DNA of 40,487 nt from a virus (lineage: Duplodnaviria; Caudoviricetes). A program made the position numbers and the translations under genes. Below, piece by piece: positions 36,461 through 40,487 of the stretch (positions are counted from its first letter, which is position 1; each line of letters begins with the position of its first letter). The notes below the pieces were generated by a model, which saw only the letters and a program-made list of their open reading frames with translations, did not search any database and was not told the origin of the DNA. The stretch spans positions 1 through 40,487 of the IMG/VR virus record IMGVR_UViG_3300043411_000841; one strand, 5' to 3'.

Positions 36461-37353
36461 TTGTTTTTATTTATTGAAACACAATTATTGACTCGTTTTC
36501 CGTTTTTTATCTTAGTCCCCTGTTTTTTATAACCAGACCAACATTTTATTTCAGTCATTATCTGATTATAAATAGATTCAAATTTAGGAAAATTTGTGGC
36601 AATACTTTCACGAATATCATCTGATTTATCATTAAATCTTTTTGATAAAGGAATAATATTGCTTTCATTGTCATAAGTCACTGGATCAGCAGATTTGATT
36701 TGATTTGTATAGAATAACGCCATGTTATTTATGCCATCTTCTTTAACATAAAGTCCATCAAATTTTAACGATCTGATAGCTTGTAATGTGGCGGTGTCTT
36801 CCAGTCTTTCCCATACACCACTTTTTATCGCTTGGATACCAATTTTTCCTAGACTGGTTGCTATTGCTAATTTCTTAATATGTGCATTATTTGTATAATC
36901 AAATAAATTCGCGGATTTAATGAAAAGTTTTTTTATTTTTGCATCTGGATTATTTTCAATCCATTTTTTGGCCCACACATAACTTGGTGTTACAAAAAAT
37001 ACACCTTTTTTGTTTAAATTGAATTGTGTAAATCTATTCAGTGTCGCATGATAAACATAGTCGTTAGCATAACCATTAGATTTTGCCACCATATCTACCA
37101 TTTTTTGCACAGTTTCCATATCACCACGGTTTACCGCATGCAAATATTGGTCGTCTATATTAGAAACAGATTCTTCCATTTTATTTAACTTTGTATAATA
37201 TTTAGGATCTTCTTTTAAATGAGATGCCGCTATTTTAGCCGTCATTTGGGCATCGCCGTGAGTCACATCCTGATGTTCTTTTTCTACATCCATTCCCATC
37301 TTTGCTTGTTTTTTATCGAACTTTTTTAACTGTTTGGGAATTTTTGAAGACAT
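36457..37353 (-). CDS. multidomain protein: DUF5661-like + ART-PolyVal-like ADP-ribosyltransferase + CWxGY peptide
   Basis: GMDVEKEH..KIAASHLKEDPKYYTKL; VYHAT..F..F..GVFFV..FDGL..QIKSADPVTYD..IPLSKRF; KCWSGYKKQGTKIKNGKRVNNCV. Confidence 0.7.
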   Translation of the reverse strand: MSSKIPKQLKKFDKKQAKMGMDVEKEHQDVTHGDAQMTAKIAASHLKEDPKYYTKLNKMEESVSNIDDQYLHAVNRGDMETVQKMVDMVAKSNGYANDYVYHATLNRFTQFNLNKKGVFFVTPSYVWAKKWIENNPDAKIKKLFIKSANLFDYTNNAHIKKLAIATSLGKIGIQAIKSGVWERLEDTATLQAIRSLKFDGLYVKEDGINNMALFYTNQIKSADPVTYDNESNIIPLSKRFNDKSDDIRESIATNFPKFESIYNQIMTEIKCWSGYKKQGTKIKNGKRVNNCVSINKNK

Positions 37354-37375
37354 ATAAGATTATTTAACTTTTTGT

Positions 37376-37404
37376 TTGACATGGAAAACCAAATGTGGTA
37401 TGTT
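37376..37404 (+). promoter_or_regulatory. sigma70-type promoter
   Basis: TTGACA-N17-TATGTT with extended TG; ATG 37414 is 9 nt downstream. Confidence 0.7.
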
Positions 37405-37413
37405 ACACAACTT

Positions 37414-37671
37414 ATGATAACATCACCAATACAACCAGCAAGTGAAGTAAAAACTATGACAATGAATTATTATCTATCTGGAGAATATGCCAAATACATT
37501 AACCATGAAATTGAAGTTAATAAAAAATGCGGTAAAAATGCATTTCTCACGGAAATTCCCAACTCACTTTTTGTTACATTTTCCGAAAAAATAGCCTTGT
37601 TGGGATATAAGACGATCTCGATTAAAGAATACGATTCCTTTACAAAGTTTATTATTTCTTGGGATATTTGA
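37414..37671 (+). CDS. hypothetical protein
   Basis: Start reassigned to the first ATG downstream of the promoter. Confidence 0.55.
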   Translation: MITSPIQPASEVKTMTMNYYLSGEYAKYINHEIEVNKKCGKNAFLTEIPNSLFVTFSEKIALLGYKTISIKEYDSFTKFIISWDI

Positions 37672-37719
37672 TTGATACGGAATACCCACTAAAAGAATTA
37701 GATGCATTTAATGAATTTT

Positions 37720-37884
37720 ATGACTAAAGAAATATTTTGGATAAATGATACAGGATGTCAAACCTTATTGGGCTTTTGTAATATTGAATATCCTGCTAAA
37801 AGAGGTAATAACATAAGTTACGGTGAAAAGAAACTGTGTAATCTAAATGCCGAAAATCTACATTATTTGTTGAAAACCAAATAG
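37720..37884 (+). CDS. short ORF, possibly the frameshifted N-terminus of the next ORF
   Basis: The frame of the next ORF is open from 37842 and overlaps this one. Confidence 0.4.
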   Translation: MTKEIFWINDTGCQTLLGFCNIEYPAKRGNNISYGEKKLCNLNAENLHYLLKTK

Positions 37885-37925
37885 TAGAATTTCCGATCAA
37901 ATGTGAGATCGAAGATGATCAGACT

Positions 37926-38132
37926 TTGATGTGTGTAGATGAACGAATCCCCACAGAGTTTTTGATTGATACTAGGAAAGACGATGCAGAATGGAGAAAA
38001 CATGCGGTTCATCAATTTACATTGAGTGGAGACGATTACATTCTAAATGGGTATAAAATTACCCAAACATGGGATGAAGGAATTGTATGGTGTCCGTATA
38101 TTCCAAAAATAAAGAATATTGGAAATGAATAA
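37926..38132 (+). CDS. small protein carrying a major-capsid (gp23) C-terminal segment
   Basis: DYILNGYKITQTWDEGIVWCPYIP vs gp23 EYALLGYKGSEYWDTGLVYCPYIP, 14/24 identical, ungapped. Confidence 0.7.
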   Translation: MMCVDERIPTEFLIDTRKDDAEWRKHAVHQFTLSGDDYILNGYKITQTWDEGIVWCPYIPKIKNIGNE

Positions 38133-38346
38133 AGAAGAATTTATACAACAATTTGTATGCAATTATACGGCAGATTACATGGTTAATCGAACAACCACTG
38201 GTTTTGTCGTTCCATCAGATTTAACAGATAAAGCCATTGATATGGCTAAACATGTTTGGCGGTCTTTAGAAAACACTAAACATTCACATAAAAGGACATC
38301 ACCGGTGACTGGTGAAGAAATGGATATGTTTGGATGGGCAAATTAG
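38125..38346 (+). CDS. hypothetical protein
   Basis: ATG overlapping the end of the upstream gene. Confidence 0.55.
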   Translation: MNKEEFIQQFVCNYTADYMVNRTTTGFVVPSDLTDKAIDMAKHVWRSLENTKHSHKRTSPVTGEEMDMFGWAN

Positions 38347-38936
38347 AAATGAAGGCGTTTAATATCATCCAAAAATTCTTGTGTATAATCACCTTTGTAT
38401 TTGGTATCCATCATATGTTTAAATGATGGAAAATCTGTGTAAACGTCAATTTTATGCGATGGCACCTTTATTTTCTGTGAACTTCCATATATAGCGATAT
38501 ATTGATCATCCGATTGCTCGTTGTAGTGATTGCGTTCTTCGTCCGTCAACGAACGATAATCTTTGGCTAAAAGGAATGGTAGACCATTCCATCTTGCGCT
38601 TGAAAGAAGCATGGTAGTGGTTGGCGACGGTGGGTAATTAGGGTCGGAATCTGGAAACCATTCAGAATCTAATAAACTATATTTGGATGGATCTTGTTGA
38701 GTTCCAAAGACAAATTTTTCTATTTTCACACTTTGATCTTGAGAAAAGTGTGAACCTATGCATAATATTCTATTTGGAGTAGGTTTTCCCGCCTTATCTA
38801 CAATATAGTTCTTTCCCTTAAAAGATGTATCACCGTCTCCATGAAAAACAAAATTACGGTTTACAGGAATAACGGTATTTGCTAATGATACTAAGGGTGT
38901 CGATAATGCGGCTTTGATGAACGATCTTTTTGTCAT
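38343..38936 (-). CDS. hypothetical protein with Tat-like signal
   Basis: MTKRSFIKAALSTPLVSLA; TAAGTA 7 nt upstream. Confidence 0.55.
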   Translation of the reverse strand: MTKRSFIKAALSTPLVSLANTVIPVNRNFVFHGDGDTSFKGKNYIVDKAGKPTPNRILCIGSHFSQDQSVKIEKFVFGTQQDPSKYSLLDSEWFPDSDPNYPPSPTTTMLLSSARWNGLPFLLAKDYRSLTDEERNHYNEQSDDQYIAIYGSSQKIKVPSHKIDVYTDFPSFKHMMDTKYKGDYTQEFLDDIKRLHF

Positions 38937-38973
38937 ATCAAATTACTTATATGAAACTCGGGAACAAATCAAA

Positions 38974-39666
38974 TTAGATCATCTGCATGAGACGTTGGAA
39001 TCCTTCTAGAATATGCTTGTTTATCGCATCTCTGTGATGCGTTGGATATTTAGAAAGATGTTTTTCAAATTTTGCAAAGGCTTCTGCAACATGACCATCA
39101 TCTGCGATAATGAATTCTTTATTTTCTAAAATACCTTTTACGAAACCCGTATCAGGGTTATTAAGAGAACCACCTATGCTCGGGTCATATACGCAGTCAA
39201 TTGAGCACAGGGTCAAATTCCTTACTCGGGACACACCTGCTGATTCTTCTACATTCCCAACCGCCCGACTTGACATTCCCAAAGAAAAGCCGTCATTTAT
39301 CAGTGATTCCATAATGCGACCACTAGGAGTAGATGCAACCAAGGATTTTCCAATATATAGTTTCCCTTCCTTTTTGAGGCTCAGGATGCGGTGGCAAATT
39401 TTTGAAAGATCAATTTCTGGAGATGCTTCATGATTAAGTGTTCCACCAGCACGTTGACGATTAATGAAATTTTCGGTAAAGATTTCCACTGCTGGTGCTA
39501 GATCTTCTTCTTCATAAATTCTGTTATTTTTGTTACGTTCGCCGGTGAGCAAGTAACTTCCCTGCACATACAATCTTTTCTCCGAATCTCTGTTTGTTTG
39601 TTCATATACGAATTCCAGGTCATAGCTAGCTGATTCGGCTTCAGTAATAAGTTTCAATTTACGCAT
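38974..39666 (-). CDS. gp21: prohead core protease
   Basis: RNKNNRIY, GTLNH, STPSGRIM, LGMSSRAVG and DCVYDPS. Confidence 0.95.
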   Translation of the reverse strand: MRKLKLITEAESASYDLEFVYEQTNRDSEKRLYVQGSYLLTGERNKNNRIYEEEDLAPAVEIFTENFINRQRAGGTLNHEASPEIDLSKICHRILSLKKEGKLYIGKSLVASTPSGRIMESLINDGFSLGMSSRAVGNVEESAGVSRVRNLTLCSIDCVYDPSIGGSLNNPDTGFVKGILENKEFIIADDGHVAEAFAKFEKHLSKYPTHHRDAINKHILEGFQRLMQMI

Positions 39667-39740
39667 ATATTATATTTATTGAATAGAATCAAAATTTCTA
39701 AGAGTTCCCACATCATGTCCACGGGCTTTCATAAAATTCA

Positions 39741-40082
39741 TCAATCTTCCTTTTTTTGCTTTTGTTCATCCATATGTTCAGTTGTTGCTAAAAAGTTAAG
39801 CATCAGTCTCTCGTATAAAAATCCGGTAGTTGCTCCAACAAAAGGCATAGTAATCACATAAAACAAAAACCAATCATTTAATGCCAACCACACACAAACC
39901 AATCCATATGTCCAACCGACATGTGTGCCAGTGCAGAAGCCACATCCACCTAACTCTTTCAAAAATTGTGATCTCTCCCACAATGGTCTGAGTCCGATTT
40001 TATCCATAATCGTAGCTTGAACAAAAGTCCAAACCACACCACTGACCGCCAGTAAAATAATAATCAATTTAACGATATCCAT
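39741..40082 (-). CDS. DUF1360-like membrane protein
   Basis: Hydrophobic helices flanking ELGGCGFCTG. Confidence 0.55.
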   Translation of the reverse strand: MDIVKLIIILLAVSGVVWTFVQATIMDKIGLRPLWERSQFLKELGGCGFCTGTHVGWTYGLVCVWLALNDWFLFYVITMPFVGATTGFLYERLMLNFLATTEHMDEQKQKKED

Positions 40083-40118
40083 GTATATAATTTAATAAAA
40101 GGAAAAATGCTTTTCAAC

Positions 40119-40147
40119 TTGATAAACTGTTCACCATAGGCTATATT
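40119..40147 (+). promoter_or_regulatory. sigma70-type promoter
   Basis: TTGATA-N17-TATATT, ATG 6 nt downstream. Confidence 0.65.
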
Positions 40148-40153
40148 CTAAAG

Positions 40154-40487
40154 ATGAACATCAAACAAATTCTTAAAGAACTGGGCATCCCATCGAACGA
40201 AATTAAATCTCGTTTGTCAAACAAACAGATCAAATTAAATGGTGAAAATTTTGATTATTCTACAGATTTGAATGTTGATGAAAAACATGTAGAACTGGGA
40301 GATTTCATTTATGATAATATTCAACTTTTTGGTCATCCATTAATGTCATTATATTTGGGTGATATTCAATATCTATTTGATGTGCCGCTTAATTGGAAGC
40401 GAACTACTGATCAATCCAGACAATTATGCGAACTGCTGGAATCCCATATTTGTATATCCACGAGTAAAAAACACCATTGGGTCTTTA
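40154..40487 (+). CDS. partial ORF with S4-like RNA-binding motif (runs off the window)
   Basis: ILKELGIPSNEIKSRLSNKQIKLNG resembles the S4 consensus. Confidence 0.45.
   Translation, partial: MNIKQILKELGIPSNEIKSRLSNKQIKLNGENFDYSTDLNVDEKHVELGDFIYDNIQLFGHPLMSLYLGDIQYLFDVPLNWKRTTDQSRQLCELLESHICISTSKKHHWVF

Noticed and set aside
37623-37727. Alternative frameshifted C-terminus (RIRFLYKVYYFLGYLIDTEYPLKELDAFNEFYD) for the 37414 ORF
   Set aside because: The annotated frame already ends plausibly and there is no slippery motif or homology evidence to prefer the shift.
1-40487. Stop-codon reassignment
   Set aside because: Core genes are full length in the standard code, and TAG and TGA end genes at expected positions (primase and tube end in TAG; many ATGA overlaps).
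1-40487. CRISPR array, tRNA or rRNA genes
   Set aside because: Intergenic gaps are short and explained by promoters and terminators; no spaced repeats or cloverleaf motifs were seen by eye. A tRNAscan or Infernal run would be the definitive check.

Overview
AT-rich fragment of a large, divergent T4-like myophage genome read in the standard genetic code. Core genes: primase (gp61), clamp-loader small subunit (gp62), GroES-like co-chaperonin, large and probable small terminase (gp17/gp16), tail tube and a 1025-aa tail sheath (gp19/gp18), major capsid, scaffold and prohead protease (gp23/gp22/gp21). These are scattered on both strands among blocks of small accessory genes. Mobile elements: an IS607-family tnpA/tnpB element, a DNA ligase split into two genes by a split intein with a free-standing Vsr-like endonuclease between the halves, and a Hef-like homing endonuclease next to gp23. 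Most notable observations: (1) a small gene in a predicted early operon that carries a protein-level-conserved copy of the major capsid's GYK...WD.G.V.CPYIP segment, a possible capsid mimic or decoy; (2) the ligase is split inside its catalytic motif; (3) almost every transcription unit has a sigma70-type or TAAATA late-type promoter only 5-11 nt before the start codon, implying window-wide leaderless or near-leaderless translation; (4) an unannotated 58-aa head-core gene joined to a second domain across an A10 run; (5) a probably head-packaged ADP-ribosyltransferase polyprotein. No tRNA, rRNA or CRISPR array was seen. All family assignments come from motif recognition by eye, not database searches.
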